Assembly: GCA_039586795.1 (NCBI GenBank)
Contig: JBDHJS010000004.1
Location: forward strand, 64,001-128,000
Reading direction: 5' to 3'
Origin: Gemmatimonadota bacterium
GTDB taxonomy: Bacteria > Gemmatimonadota > Gemmatimonadetes > Palauibacterales > KS3-K002
Length of the DNA stretch: 64,000 nucleotides
Shown here: piece by piece, positions 10,051 through 20,500 of the stretch
How the letters are laid out: every line of letters starts with the position of its first letter
Position numbering within the stretch: position 1 is the first letter of the stretch
Notes under the pieces: generated by a model
The model's database searches: none
What the model saw: only the letters and a program-made list of their open reading frames with translations
Told to the model about the DNA's origin: nothing
Program-made: the position numbers and the translations under genes

Positions 10051-10855
10051 GCTAGGGAAGAAGAAGATGCCAAGGGACTGGCGTGCTTGGGTAACCTCGC
10101 CCGGCCGGCTCGCCGGCACCGCAGCGGGAATCGGAGTGCTGGGTTTCTTGCTCGGATACCTGATCACCACGCTCGCCGTCTATCCCTCTCAGAACGTTGC
10201 CAGCGGGCTCGTGCGCGTGCCCAACGTCGTGGGAATGACGGCGGAAGACGCACAAACGGCTGTAGGTGAATCGGACCTCGAGTACGAGGAAGCGGCCGGG
10301 CTAAACCACAGTGAACCGCCGGGTACCGTTGTGGCTCAGGAGCCGCTCCCGGAGCAGATGGCGCCGCCCAATTCTACCGTGCGGGTGACGCTCAGTATGG
10401 GGGCGAGGGAACGGCCCGTACCCGACGTCGTCGGCTTGAACCGGGACCAGGCGGAGATCGTTCTGACCCGAGCGGGCTACGTCACCGACATCGTTTGGGT
10501 CGACGCAGAGAACGATGTGGAACAAGTGGTAGGAATGCGGCCGGCAGCCGGGACCGCGATCAAGGTTTCGGGAAGTGTCCAGCTGCTGGTAAGCGCCGGG
10601 CCCCGCACTCCAGATGTGCCGGACCTTTCTACGAGCTCTCTTGACGAGGCGCGTGAGGCTCTGGACCGCCTGGGTTTGCGACTCGGCGAAGTGACGGAGC
10701 GGCCGGACTCGCTGGCGGCGCCCGGGACAGTGCTGTCTCAGTCGCCGCAGCCCGGAAGCGTCCTGGATCGCGGGGCGGCGGTATCGGTCGTTGTGGCGGT
10801 CGTGCCGCCGCCAGACACGGTCGGTGTTGTCGAGGACACCGTAGGTATGAGATAA
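10040..10855 (+). CDS. Membrane-anchored PASTA-domain protein (3 PASTA repeats, no kinase or PBP domain)
   Basis: One N-terminal TM segment, then VPNVVG / VPDVVG / VPDLS repeats. Start could be 10019, 10040 or 10067. Confidence 0.88.
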   Translation: MPNELGKKKMPRDWRAWVTSPGRLAGTAAGIGVLGFLLGYLITTLAVYPSQNVASGLVRVPNVVGMTAEDAQTAVGESDLEYEEAAGLNHSEPPGTVVAQEPLPEQMAPPNSTVRVTLSMGARERPVPDVVGLNRDQAEIVLTRAGYVTDIVWVDAENDVEQVVGMRPAAGTAIKVSGSVQLLVSAGPRTPDVPDLSTSSLDEAREALDRLGLRLGEVTERPDSLAAPGTVLSQSPQPGSVLDRGAAVSVVVAVVPPPDTVGVVEDTVGMR

Positions 10856-10868
10856 CGTTGGAGTTCAG

Positions 10869-11402
10869 ATGAAGATTTGGAAATTGGCAGTCGGAGTGAT
10901 ATTGGTCGCGGGCATTGTCGGCGCGTTGCTCGTCAGCGGATCGTATGAGGCGGGCTCGTCGGGAATTGAGGTGGCGGAGCGAGTGCCCGAGTATAGCGCG
11001 ATGGATATGGAGGGTAACGAAGTCGCGCTCGCCGACTATGAAGGGCAGGTGGTGTTGCTCAATATCTGGGCGACTTGGTGCGGGCCGTGTCGTATCGAGA
11101 TGCCTTCGATCAATGCGTTGCACGAGCGTTACAAGGACAGGGGCTTCACCGTTGTGGCGGTATCGATTGATGCCGGCCGTGGTTATCGTGAGAAGGTCGA
11201 TGAGTTCGTGAGCGAACACGAGCTTGATTTTCCGATTCTGCTCGATCCTGATGGCCGGATCATGCGGACGATCAGGGCGGTCGGTGTGCCGGAGACGCTG
11301 GTGCTTGATCGTGAAGGAAAGATCGTGAAGCGTGTGGTCGGCGCGACCAACTGGGACTCGCGAGGGAACCGGGCGATGATCGAGCAGCTGTTCAGGATGT
11401 AA
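10869..11402 (+). CDS. TlpA/ResA family thiol-disulfide oxidoreductase
   Basis: N-terminal anchor, NIWATWCGPCRIEMP, GVPET. Confidence 0.92.
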   Translation: MKIWKLAVGVILVAGIVGALLVSGSYEAGSSGIEVAERVPEYSAMDMEGNEVALADYEGQVVLLNIWATWCGPCRIEMPSINALHERYKDRGFTVVAVSIDAGRGYREKVDEFVSEHELDFPILLDPDGRIMRTIRAVGVPETLVLDREGKIVKRVVGATNWDSRGNRAMIEQLFRM

Positions 11403-11404
11403 CG

Positions 11405-12361
11405 ATGAGCGGATGGCGTGCCAAACTGAAGCGGAACTGGGCCTACATGATCACGGCGACGCTAATCTCCGTGTTCTTGTGGGTTGCGGTCAGCGCTGAC
11501 ACTGTCGAGCAACGCTCGGTCGATACGGACGTCATATTCATCCTCGGCGACCCTGCCTACGTGATGACGGAACAGGAACCGTCCGTGGATCTTGTTTCTG
11601 TCGTATTCACCGGCGGGGCCGGTGATCTGGCAGCTCTCGCGGCATCGCGACCTCAGATCGTAGTCTCCATCGATAGCGTCGAGTCGGATGTTCTCGAGGT
11701 CGAACTGAGTCCTGAGATGGTCAGAGGGCGTGGTGGCCGGAACCTCGTCGACGTTCGAGCTGTCAGCGTCCGACCGAATCAGTTCCGCCTCGCCTTCCAG
11801 CCCCGCATGCGGAGGATCGTGCGGGTCGTGCCTCGAATCGACGACGTGACCGTGGCTAGCGGCTACATGGTCTCGGATTCGGTGCGCGCCGAACCCGGGG
11901 CGGTTGCTGTCGAAGGCCCCGCAGGTTCAGTGGAGGGCATCGACTCGGTCATCACGGTGCCCGTCATTGAGGAGCAGCTACGGGAAACCATCAGCGTCGA
12001 GGTACCGTTGGCGCCTCCTGCAGGTGATGGGCTCATCGAACTCTCATCGATCAGCGTCCGCGTGACGATTCCGGTAGAACAGCGAATCGAGCGCGCGTTT
12101 GCAGGAATCCCTCTTGGTATTCGCGGCGCGACGACGACCGGATTGAGAGTCGAGCCGTCCCTTGTCGACGTCAGGATATCTGGACCGAGGAGCGTCGTTG
12201 AAGCGGTCAGATCAGAAGGGTTGACACCGCGCGTCGAGCTGTCCGGGCCGGAAGATTACGGTGCCACTTTACCAATCACGTTGCCGCTGCCAGGACCATT
12301 CCTAACCGTCACCGTCGTTCCCGACTCGGCACGCGTTGTCCAGGAGGGTAGCGAGCCCTGA
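11405..12361 (+). CDS. YbbR/CdaR-like domain membrane protein
   Basis: N-terminal TM (ISVFLWVAVS) and repeated P..V.V.GP beta-rich YbbR-type units. Confidence 0.78.
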   Translation: MSGWRAKLKRNWAYMITATLISVFLWVAVSADTVEQRSVDTDVIFILGDPAYVMTEQEPSVDLVSVVFTGGAGDLAALAASRPQIVVSIDSVESDVLEVELSPEMVRGRGGRNLVDVRAVSVRPNQFRLAFQPRMRRIVRVVPRIDDVTVASGYMVSDSVRAEPGAVAVEGPAGSVEGIDSVITVPVIEEQLRETISVEVPLAPPAGDGLIELSSISVRVTIPVEQRIERAFAGIPLGIRGATTTGLRVEPSLVDVRISGPRSVVEAVRSEGLTPRVELSGPEDYGATLPITLPLPGPFLTVTVVPDSARVVQEGSEP

Positions 12362-12393
12362 TCCGCGGTTCTGCGGCTATCGCGAAGTACAAC

Positions 12394-13452
12394 ATGAGCG
12401 AACCCACCATACTCGCCATCGAGACCTCTTGCGACGATACATCTGCCGCGCTCTTGCGTGGTGAAGACGAGCTTCTGGGTCACGTGATCGCCACTCAGGA
12501 CATGCACGGTGAGTTTGGCGGTGTGGTACCGGAGGTGGCATCTCGTGCTCAGCTTCAGGTGATCGATCGAGTTGTGGCCAGGACATTTGAAACGGCCGGC
12601 CTCGGCCCGGGTGATGTGGATGCGTTCGCGGTAACGGTGGGACCGGGTCTCATCGGGTCTCTGCTCGTCGGGCTCAACTGGACGAAGGCCGCTGCGTACG
12701 CGCTCGGCCGACCCGTGATCGGCGTTCACCACATGGAGGCGCACCTCTTTGCTTCCGCCCTGGAGGACGAACGAGCGCGGCCGCCGTTTGTCGCGCTACT
12801 CGTCTCTGGCGGCCACACCCTGCTTCTGCACGTCGAGGATTGGGGGCGCTACCGATTGCTGGGACAGACGAGAGACGATGCTGTGGGCGAAGCGTTCGAC
12901 AAGGTCGCCAGGCTGCTCGGACTCGGCTATCCGGGTGGGCCGGCCATAGAGATCCAGGCCCGGGAGGGCGAGCCCGGGCGACACACTTTTCCGGTGTCGA
13001 TGGTTCGCTCGAATCAGAAGACCGGCGACTCGGACTACTATGATATGTCGTTCTCGGGGCTCAAGACGGCGGTCCTGATGCGGGTGCGGGAGCTGGAGAA
13101 GAACGGAAGTCTGGAGGATGAAGTACCGCACCTCAGCCTGGGGTTTCAGCGGGCCGCGGTCGAGCAGCTTGTTGTTAAGACGATGCGGGCCGTGCGGGCC
13201 ACGGACTGCCAGCGTATTGTGGTTGGTGGAGGAGTAGCGCGAAACCGGGCGCTGGCGGAAAGTCTGCGGACCCAGGTGGAGCCCGAGGGTCTCGTCTTCG
13301 TCCCCTCGCCGCGCTTGGCGACGGACAACGCGGCGATGGTGGCGCGTGCGGCTCGATTCCGGTTCGATCGCGGGGAGCGATCGGGGCTCGATCTGAACGC
13401 GCGGGCGGACCTTCCCATGCCAGGGGTTGTGACCGGTAGCGCGGTCCCGTAA
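12394..13452 (+). CDS. tsaD: tRNA threonylcarbamoyltransferase TsaD
   Basis: LAIETSCDDTS, GGVVPEVASR, HHMEAH, SGGHT, DDAVGEAFDK, TDNAAM. Confidence 0.97.
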   Translation: MSEPTILAIETSCDDTSAALLRGEDELLGHVIATQDMHGEFGGVVPEVASRAQLQVIDRVVARTFETAGLGPGDVDAFAVTVGPGLIGSLLVGLNWTKAAAYALGRPVIGVHHMEAHLFASALEDERARPPFVALLVSGGHTLLLHVEDWGRYRLLGQTRDDAVGEAFDKVARLLGLGYPGGPAIEIQAREGEPGRHTFPVSMVRSNQKTGDSDYYDMSFSGLKTAVLMRVRELEKNGSLEDEVPHLSLGFQRAAVEQLVVKTMRAVRATDCQRIVVGGGVARNRALAESLRTQVEPEGLVFVPSPRLATDNAAMVARAARFRFDRGERSGLDLNARADLPMPGVVTGSAVP

Positions 13453-13464
13453 AAAAGGGAAACC

Positions 13465-14292
13465 ATGTACCCGATACTGTTCGAATTCAACGGCATAGAG
13501 ATAACGAGCTTTGGGCTGATGTTGGGCCTTGCGTTTCTGGCCGCCGGGTTGGTTGCCAGTGTGGAGTTCAAGCGCAAGGGCTACGACAAAGACGTGGCCT
13601 GGACGCTCCTGATGGGAGCCCTGATCGGCGGTATCGTCGGAGCAAAACTCTATTACGCCTTCCTCAACTGGCCGTTTCTAGTACGGGATCCGTTGGGAAC
13701 GATATTCTCGAGGGCTGGACTTGTGTGGTATGGTGGATTGATCGGTGGAAGTTTGGGCGTCACGTATCTGCTGCGCCGCGAGAAGCTCCCGTTCTTCGTT
13801 GTCGCCGATGTTGCTGCCCTTAGCATTCCTGCTGCCTATGCTGTAGGACGATTCGGTTGCTTTCTGGTGGGTGATGACTATGGGCGTCCGACGGACAGCT
13901 GGCTTGGTGTAGCGTTCCCGAACGGGTCTCCGCCGTCGACGGCGGGGAATCTGCGAGAAGGGTTCGGGGTCTCGATACCCGAAGGCGTAGCGGATTGGGA
14001 AGTTCTCACGGTCCATCCGACGCAGCTGTACGAGGTGGCGTTAACGGCGATCATCTTCTTCGTGCTGTGGCGGTTACGACGCCATTCCTATCGCGCCGGA
14101 TGGCTGTTCTTGGTGTGGGTGGCTTTGGCGGGGCTCGAACGATTCGCGGTCGAGTTTCTAAGGGCGAAAGACGATCGGTTCTTTGGTGTTCTTACGCTGG
14201 CTCAGATGATCAGTTTGGCGATGATAGTGGGTGGGATATACGGGGCCTGGGTACTTAGCCGTCCGCAGCGAGCTGCGGAAGGCACGTCCTGA
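13465..14292 (+). CDS. lgt: Prolipoprotein diacylglyceryl transferase
   Basis: MYPILF, WYGGLIGG, GRFGCFL.GDDYG, HPTQLYE, ERFAVEFLR. Confidence 0.93.
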   Translation: MYPILFEFNGIEITSFGLMLGLAFLAAGLVASVEFKRKGYDKDVAWTLLMGALIGGIVGAKLYYAFLNWPFLVRDPLGTIFSRAGLVWYGGLIGGSLGVTYLLRREKLPFFVVADVAALSIPAAYAVGRFGCFLVGDDYGRPTDSWLGVAFPNGSPPSTAGNLREGFGVSIPEGVADWEVLTVHPTQLYEVALTAIIFFVLWRLRRHSYRAGWLFLVWVALAGLERFAVEFLRAKDDRFFGVLTLAQMISLAMIVGGIYGAWVLSRPQRAAEGTS

Positions 14293-14312
14293 GAACCAGG
14301 ACAGGATTAGCC

Positions 14313-15170
14313 GTGCCAACCATCCTGCATCTCTCCGATCTGCACTTCGGCACGCCGTTTCTTCCCGACGTGGCGGAGGCGGTGTTGGAACAGGCGGGCG
14401 AACTGGTTCCCGACGTGGTGGCGGTGAGTGGCGACCTCACACAGCGTGCTCGGGCGGAGCAGTTTCAAGAGGCTGCTGAATACCTCGGGAGATTCGGCGC
14501 GCCAGTGGTCGTCACGCCAGGGAACCACGATGTACCGTTCTATCGAATTTGGGAGCGGTTTCTCTTCCCCTACAGACACTATCGCCGTCACATATCTGAC
14601 GAACTCAACAGCGTGTCCGAGTTCGAAGGTCTCGTGATCGTCACGCTGAATTCGAGTCGCCGGTTCACTCTAACCAACGGTCGCATCCGCCGTTCGCAGC
14701 TAGACTTTGCGGAGCGAGCGTTCGAAAACGCAGATCCATCAGCTGCACGTGTCGTGGTCACCCATCACCATTTGGCGCCGGCGCCCGACTTCATCGGCGG
14801 CACCGTAATGCCTTATGCGCGCCGGGCGATGGAACGTTTCACGCGTCTCAAGGTCGATCTGATTCTTGCTGGCCACATGCACCGCTCATACATCGGTAGC
14901 TCCCTGGACTTCTTTCCGGGCGAACTTCGCCGCCGCGGCATTGTGATCGCTCAGTGCGGGACCACCACTTCACGACGAGGCCGTGGTAGGGAGCGGTTCA
15001 AGAACACCTTCAACGTGATACGGATCGAAGAGAGGACGATCCGGGTAGCACATCATGCATGGTTTGGAGATCTCTCTCGGTTCATGCCGATCAGCGAGCA
15101 CGTTTTCCCGCTTGGCTCGAGAGAGTACTTCGACAAAATGGCGGAGCACGACAGTGCGTTTGCCGGATAG
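14313..15170 (+). CDS. Calcineurin-like metallophosphoesterase (CpdA/Icc-like)
   Basis: DLH, GDLT, GNHD, HH and GHMH motifs. Confidence 0.9.
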   Translation: MPTILHLSDLHFGTPFLPDVAEAVLEQAGELVPDVVAVSGDLTQRARAEQFQEAAEYLGRFGAPVVVTPGNHDVPFYRIWERFLFPYRHYRRHISDELNSVSEFEGLVIVTLNSSRRFTLTNGRIRRSQLDFAERAFENADPSAARVVVTHHHLAPAPDFIGGTVMPYARRAMERFTRLKVDLILAGHMHRSYIGSSLDFFPGELRRRGIVIAQCGTTTSRRGRGRERFKNTFNVIRIEERTIRVAHHAWFGDLSRFMPISEHVFPLGSREYFDKMAEHDSAFAG

Positions 15171-15223
15171 ATGGTGACAGCTGAGTTCACCGTTTGTAAG
15201 CCTGTGGGTCGACGCTTGGCAGT

Positions 15224-17518
15224 ATGGATGGTACCCGCAAATTGACCGAGATTCGTACCTCGCTACGCAATTTCGCTGGCTGGCGACTGGGTCGCCTGGT
15301 TCTGCTGGCGAGTTGCATCTCGGCGCTCCTGCCAGCCAATGTCACGGCCCAGGCCAGTGCACGCGATACTCTACCGGTCGTACGCAAGATCCACATCGAA
15401 GGTAACGAGGCCTTCAGCGACCAGGAGATCCGGCGCGCGATTGCCACCACGTCCAGTGGCTGCAAATCGGTGTTCCTCAGTCCGCTCTGTTGGATCGGCC
15501 TCGATGTTTTCAAGAACACCGCCCGATTGGTCCCGCGTGAGCTCACGACAGATGTGGCACGACTCAGGGTGTTCTACTTCCGGCGCGGCTACCGGTTGGC
15601 ACAAGTCGACACCGCCGTCACCCGCGACGACGGAACCGTCGAGGTGACGTTCATCGTTGACGAGGGTGAACCGGTCATCGTGCGCAGCCTTGAGGTGCAG
15701 GGACTCGAGGAAGTCGACGGCGCGAGTGATATCGTCGCTGGCATCTCACTCAGACCGGGGCAACCATTCAGCGAGCTCGCGCTCACGGTATCCCGGGGTC
15801 AGATCGAACGAGATCTTGGCAACAGCGGCTACGCAGATGCGGTTGTACTGGTCGATGCGATGCGGCCGGCAGAAGATTCGATGGGCGCGCAGGTTGTTCT
15901 CAAGGCGATCCCGGGCCCGCGCTATACGATCGGTAATATCGAGGTAGATGGGGCGGTGGAGATCGCCCCCGATGATGTGCTTCGGCTGCTCAGCTTCCAC
16001 TCCGGCGATGTCTACAGCCTGGAGGAGATCGTACGGAGCCAGCGCAATCTGTACTCGATGGCGCTGTTCGACTACGTGGATGTGCAGTCCGAGCCGGTTA
16101 GCGGTGACACCGTCGTCGATGTCCGGGTCCAGGTGAATGAGGCGAAGCTGAGGGGCGTTCAGTTCGGTGCCGGCATCTCGACCACCGAGTGCATAACCCT
16201 CCAGGCGGGGTGGGCGAACCGTAATTTCTTCGGTGGCACGCGGAAGCTCGAGATCAACGGCGTGCTTTCCAACATCGCCACGAGCCGGCGAGCTCGACAG
16301 TTTCCGTGTACACAGGCCGGCGTAGCCCGCGATGGTAGCGTTCCGGGTGACTCGGTCTACAACCAGGTAAACTGGCTTCTACGAGTCGACTTCCGACAAC
16401 CCTGGTTCCTTGGCACCGAGAACTGGCTGCACCTGGGCTTATTCGCCGACCGCATCAGCCTGCCTGCCGTCTACGTCTCCACGTCGATCGGTGGTGATGT
16501 TCGCTTCAGCCGGGAGATCTCCGTCGGTACGGCGGTCAGCGCGAGCTACCGTCCGTCGCTCAACGAGCTGCAGGAGGGGAGCGCTGATTTCCTATTCTGC
16601 GCCAACTTCCTGATCTGTGACCCGGCAGACATCGCGATTCTGGAGGAGCGGCGCTGGCTATCTCCCGTAACGCTCACGTTTGCGCAGGGCCGAACAGATG
16701 CGGTGCTCGACCCGAGCCGCGGGTATCGGCTTACCGTAGAGGGGGAGTATGCCTCGCGTTTCACGGGGTCGGGGTGGACCTATGTAAGAGCTCAAGGTGA
16801 GGTCGCCTGGTACCGGCGTATGGGTTTGCAGGCCGTTCTGGCTCTCAGAATGCGAGGTGGCGTCTTGAGGCCCGTCGGGTCGGGGATCGAGGGGGTGGAT
16901 CTTACTCCGGGAAGCGAGGCCCTGACTCATCCGCTCAAGCGGATGTATGCCGGCGGCGCCTACACCGTTCGCGGCTTTCAGGAGAACTTATTGGGTCCGA
17001 AAGTCCTGCTGACCAGCAGGGAGAACATTCCGCTCTGTGAAGGGAATCGGGTGACGGACGAGAACACCCTGGTGTGCGACCCGAATCAATCCGGGCTAAG
17101 ATCGGAGGATGCCGTACCGCGCCCGGTCGGTGGACAGAACTCTCTGGTGGCGAACGCCGAAGTCCGCATGCCACTCGGATCGGAGAACTGGCGCGCCGTG
17201 GTATTTGTTGACATGGGTCGGGTATGGAGTTCGGGTGGTGAGGTTCCGGAAGCTGAGCGTTTTGCCTGGTCTCCTGGATTCGGTATTCGCTACTTGAGCC
17301 CGGTGGGCCCACTGCGACTGGATATCGGTTTCAATACGATCTCAGGTGGCGAACCTTTGCCCGTGGTAACCGAGCTCGAAGACGAGTTCGGTCAGTCGCA
17401 AATCGTTCAGCTGGGTACCGCAAACAACCAGGCCATTCCGTTCTTATACAAACCTTTTGAGGGCAAGAGCGTATTTAGTCGCATGACACTCCACTTCTCG
17501 ATCGGGCACGCGTTCTGA
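15224..17518 (+). CDS. tamA: TamA/BamA (Omp85) family outer-membrane protein
   Basis: POTRA-like repeats, AGGAYTVRGF, GFGIRYLSPVGPLRLDIG, C-terminal HFSIGHAF; adjacent to tamB. Confidence 0.85.
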   Translation: MDGTRKLTEIRTSLRNFAGWRLGRLVLLASCISALLPANVTAQASARDTLPVVRKIHIEGNEAFSDQEIRRAIATTSSGCKSVFLSPLCWIGLDVFKNTARLVPRELTTDVARLRVFYFRRGYRLAQVDTAVTRDDGTVEVTFIVDEGEPVIVRSLEVQGLEEVDGASDIVAGISLRPGQPFSELALTVSRGQIERDLGNSGYADAVVLVDAMRPAEDSMGAQVVLKAIPGPRYTIGNIEVDGAVEIAPDDVLRLLSFHSGDVYSLEEIVRSQRNLYSMALFDYVDVQSEPVSGDTVVDVRVQVNEAKLRGVQFGAGISTTECITLQAGWANRNFFGGTRKLEINGVLSNIATSRRARQFPCTQAGVARDGSVPGDSVYNQVNWLLRVDFRQPWFLGTENWLHLGLFADRISLPAVYVSTSIGGDVRFSREISVGTAVSASYRPSLNELQEGSADFLFCANFLICDPADIAILEERRWLSPVTLTFAQGRTDAVLDPSRGYRLTVEGEYASRFTGSGWTYVRAQGEVAWYRRMGLQAVLALRMRGGVLRPVGSGIEGVDLTPGSEALTHPLKRMYAGGAYTVRGFQENLLGPKVLLTSRENIPLCEGNRVTDENTLVCDPNQSGLRSEDAVPRPVGGQNSLVANAEVRMPLGSENWRAVVFVDMGRVWSSGGEVPEAERFAWSPGFGIRYLSPVGPLRLDIGFNTISGGEPLPVVTELEDEFGQSQIVQLGTANNQAIPFLYKPFEGKSVFSRMTLHFSIGHAF

Positions 17519-20500
17519 TGAACTGGAAGGAACGAATCATCGGACTGCCCTTGGCACTGGTCGGCGCGGTACTGCTGCTGGCGACGGTCGCCGGCATGCT
17601 GCTCACGCGTACGGATTGGGGCCGCGAGAAAGTGCGCGTCTACGCAGTCGAGAAGTTGAACGGAGCGATCCGAGGCAGCGTTGAGATCGACGAGGTCCTT
17701 GCCGGCGATTTGCTCCGAATGGTCACGATGGCCGGCGTGCGGATCTACGAAGAGGACGGCCGAGAGTTCGCGAGTATCGATACTCTGACGGTTCAATACC
17801 GGTGGTCTGACTTCTTGTTCGGCAATCTGAAGTTCGCCAGGGCGACGATCGTCAACCCGATCGTCAAGCTCCGAACCGAGCCGGAAATCGGCTGGAATTT
17901 CGAGGAGGCATTCCGCGGGCCGCGCCGGGCCGGTCCGGTTACTGAGGAGAGCGACGAAGGAGGACTTCGCCTCGAACTGGAGGACGTAGCGATACGCTCC
18001 GGCGAAGTGACGATGCTGATCCCGTGGGACCCGGAGAGAGGAACCGACCCGGACTCGGTGCGCTGGCATCTTATCGAAGCCTACGGCGAGTGGTGGCGCG
18101 AGCTGCGCTTCCAGCGACTCAATTCTCAGCTATCGAAGGCACAGATCGTGGTGCCGCGGGACGAAAGTCGGCAGTTCCAGATCGTCCAGTTCACCAGCCA
18201 GGTGACGATAGTCGATGACCCGTTCGAGGTTCAGCAGCTGAGAGGCTACATAGAGGTCGTCGGCAACAGGCTGTCTTTCGATGTTTCTGAGGGGGCTCTC
18301 CCGGGCTCCAACCTGTTCGGCGAAGGATGGGTTACGCTCGTATCGAACCCACAGTACGACTTCAGAATGCGCGGCAGTCCGATGTCGACGGAAGACATCC
18401 AGTGGCTTCTTCCATGGATGCCGTCCGGGACGGCAGATCTCGACTATCATATGCGAACGCTCCCCGATGGCATCGCCCTGGAGGCGCAGGATGCCAGATG
18501 GGAATCGCGCGACGCGGTCGCGACCGGCCGCTTTGCCTTGTCGCTGCGAGACCGACCGGACGGCCTGTCGTTCAACGCGCTTGATGTGAACGTGGAGCGG
18601 CTGAATTCATCGCTCATCGAAGAGCTGACGGGCTGGGATTCTCCGGTAGCGGCAGAGTTGAACGGTGAAGTCGCGCTTGACGGACCACTTTCTCAGCTGG
18701 CTGTAGAAGCCGACCTGAACATTCTCCCAGAAGCGGAGGATCTGACGACACACATCGCCGCGCGGGGCACGGTACACGCCCGGCATTTGTGGCGGGGAGA
18801 ATTGGGTGCGCAAGATCTTCAACTAGAGTTCGACACAGTCCGGCTGAATTTGGTGCGAGCGTTTGCGCCGGAGATGGCTTTGCGGGGCGACATCACCGGC
18901 TCGGCTCACCTCGACGGCCGACTCGCCGACGGCGCTTCCTTGAGCTTTTCGCTCGAGCAGCGCGACGGGAATCTGACGCCCACGACCGTTGAAGGGGCGG
19001 GTATCGTGTCTGCGGACACGAGCGGGCTGCTGCTTGATTTCGAGCTTCACAGCGAATCGTTCTCGTTCAATACGCTATCGCGATACTACCCGTGGATCTT
19101 CTTCCGTGGCGATTTCGCTGGGGATTTCAGCGCGCGCGGCCCGCTGACAGCACTCGCCGTGGAGGCCAGCCTCGGCGGCGCAGGCGACTCGATCCGGTTC
19201 GATGGCGAAGTACGGCTTACCGAGGATGAGGTTGGCTACTTGGGAGAAATGGAGGGCCGACGGATTCGGGTCGTGCCGTTCAGACAAGGCCTCCCCGAAT
19301 CGGACATTGATTTCCGTGCTGAACTCGCAGGGAGTGGTACCGTCCTGGAGGACCTGGAAGCGCGTGGTCATCTCGAGATCTTCTCTTCCTTCGTTGGCGG
19401 TGTTCGACTCGATACGGCGTACAGCGACCTTCGTCTAACCGGCGGCCGTTTGGTCGTTGATAGTGGTGCGGCCATAGTCGAGTTCGGCGAGATAGGCCTG
19501 AGTGGCGCGCTCGGCCTGATTCCCGACTCGACTGGCAGGCTCGCGTTCGACATCGCGGCCGACAGTCTGGGCGGCCTCACGCCCTGGGTGTTCCCGGGAT
19601 ACAGAGGCGGTCCTGGGCTGACGGCCGGTGGACCCGCAGGCCAGGTCGATGACTCGGAGGCGGCACGGGTCGACGGCTCGGCGCGGATTAGGGGGGAGCT
19701 CGAGGGGGTCATCGGCGATGTCGCGGTACGAGCGGAGATGGCTGGAAGCGATCTCCGCTACGGAATCTGGGCCGCCGACAGTCTCGTCATAGAGGACTTC
19801 GAGGTCTACGGCTCCGCAGACTCGCTGAACCTCGCGGGCGCCGCGCTCGTGGTTGGCGGCAGCGCCGGCGATGTTCGATTGCAACGCTTGGGTGTGCAGG
19901 GGGGCATCGTCGGTGACACATCAACGCTTAATTTTGACCTCGCTGTCGATTCGGCTGCCGACGCTGCGGGTCGGATGCAGGTAGTGTTGGGTGGCGAATC
20001 AACCACTCTCGCGTTCGAACAGCTCAGCATACGTCTTGCCGGGACAGATTGGTCGATGAGCCAACCCACCGAGGTACGGGTCGCACGGTCGGGAGGGATC
20101 GCGGCCAGTGATATTCGCGTCGCGAGTGAGGCGGGATACCTGACGGCGGGTGGAGTCATCCCGGATAGCGGCCGAGCCGCATTTTCCGCCGAAGTGGAAG
20201 GAATAGATCTCGGCGCCATAGCCAGGCTCTTTCCCGACAGCCTGGATCTCGGCGGATTCTTGACGGCGAGCGCCGAACTTTCCGGCACTACGGCTCGCCC
20301 GGAGATACGTGGCAGTTTTGAGGTCAGCGACGGTCGCCTGGTTGGCGTACCCTTCACGAGCCTTCGCGGTGAACTCGAGTTCCAAGACGATGATGCGTCG
20401 CTCGATGTATCAATGTGGGATGACGACCTGCGACTGCTCCGAATACACGGGACGTATCCAGTAGACCTCGCGCTTCCGAGCTTCGCGCTGAGCATACCGG

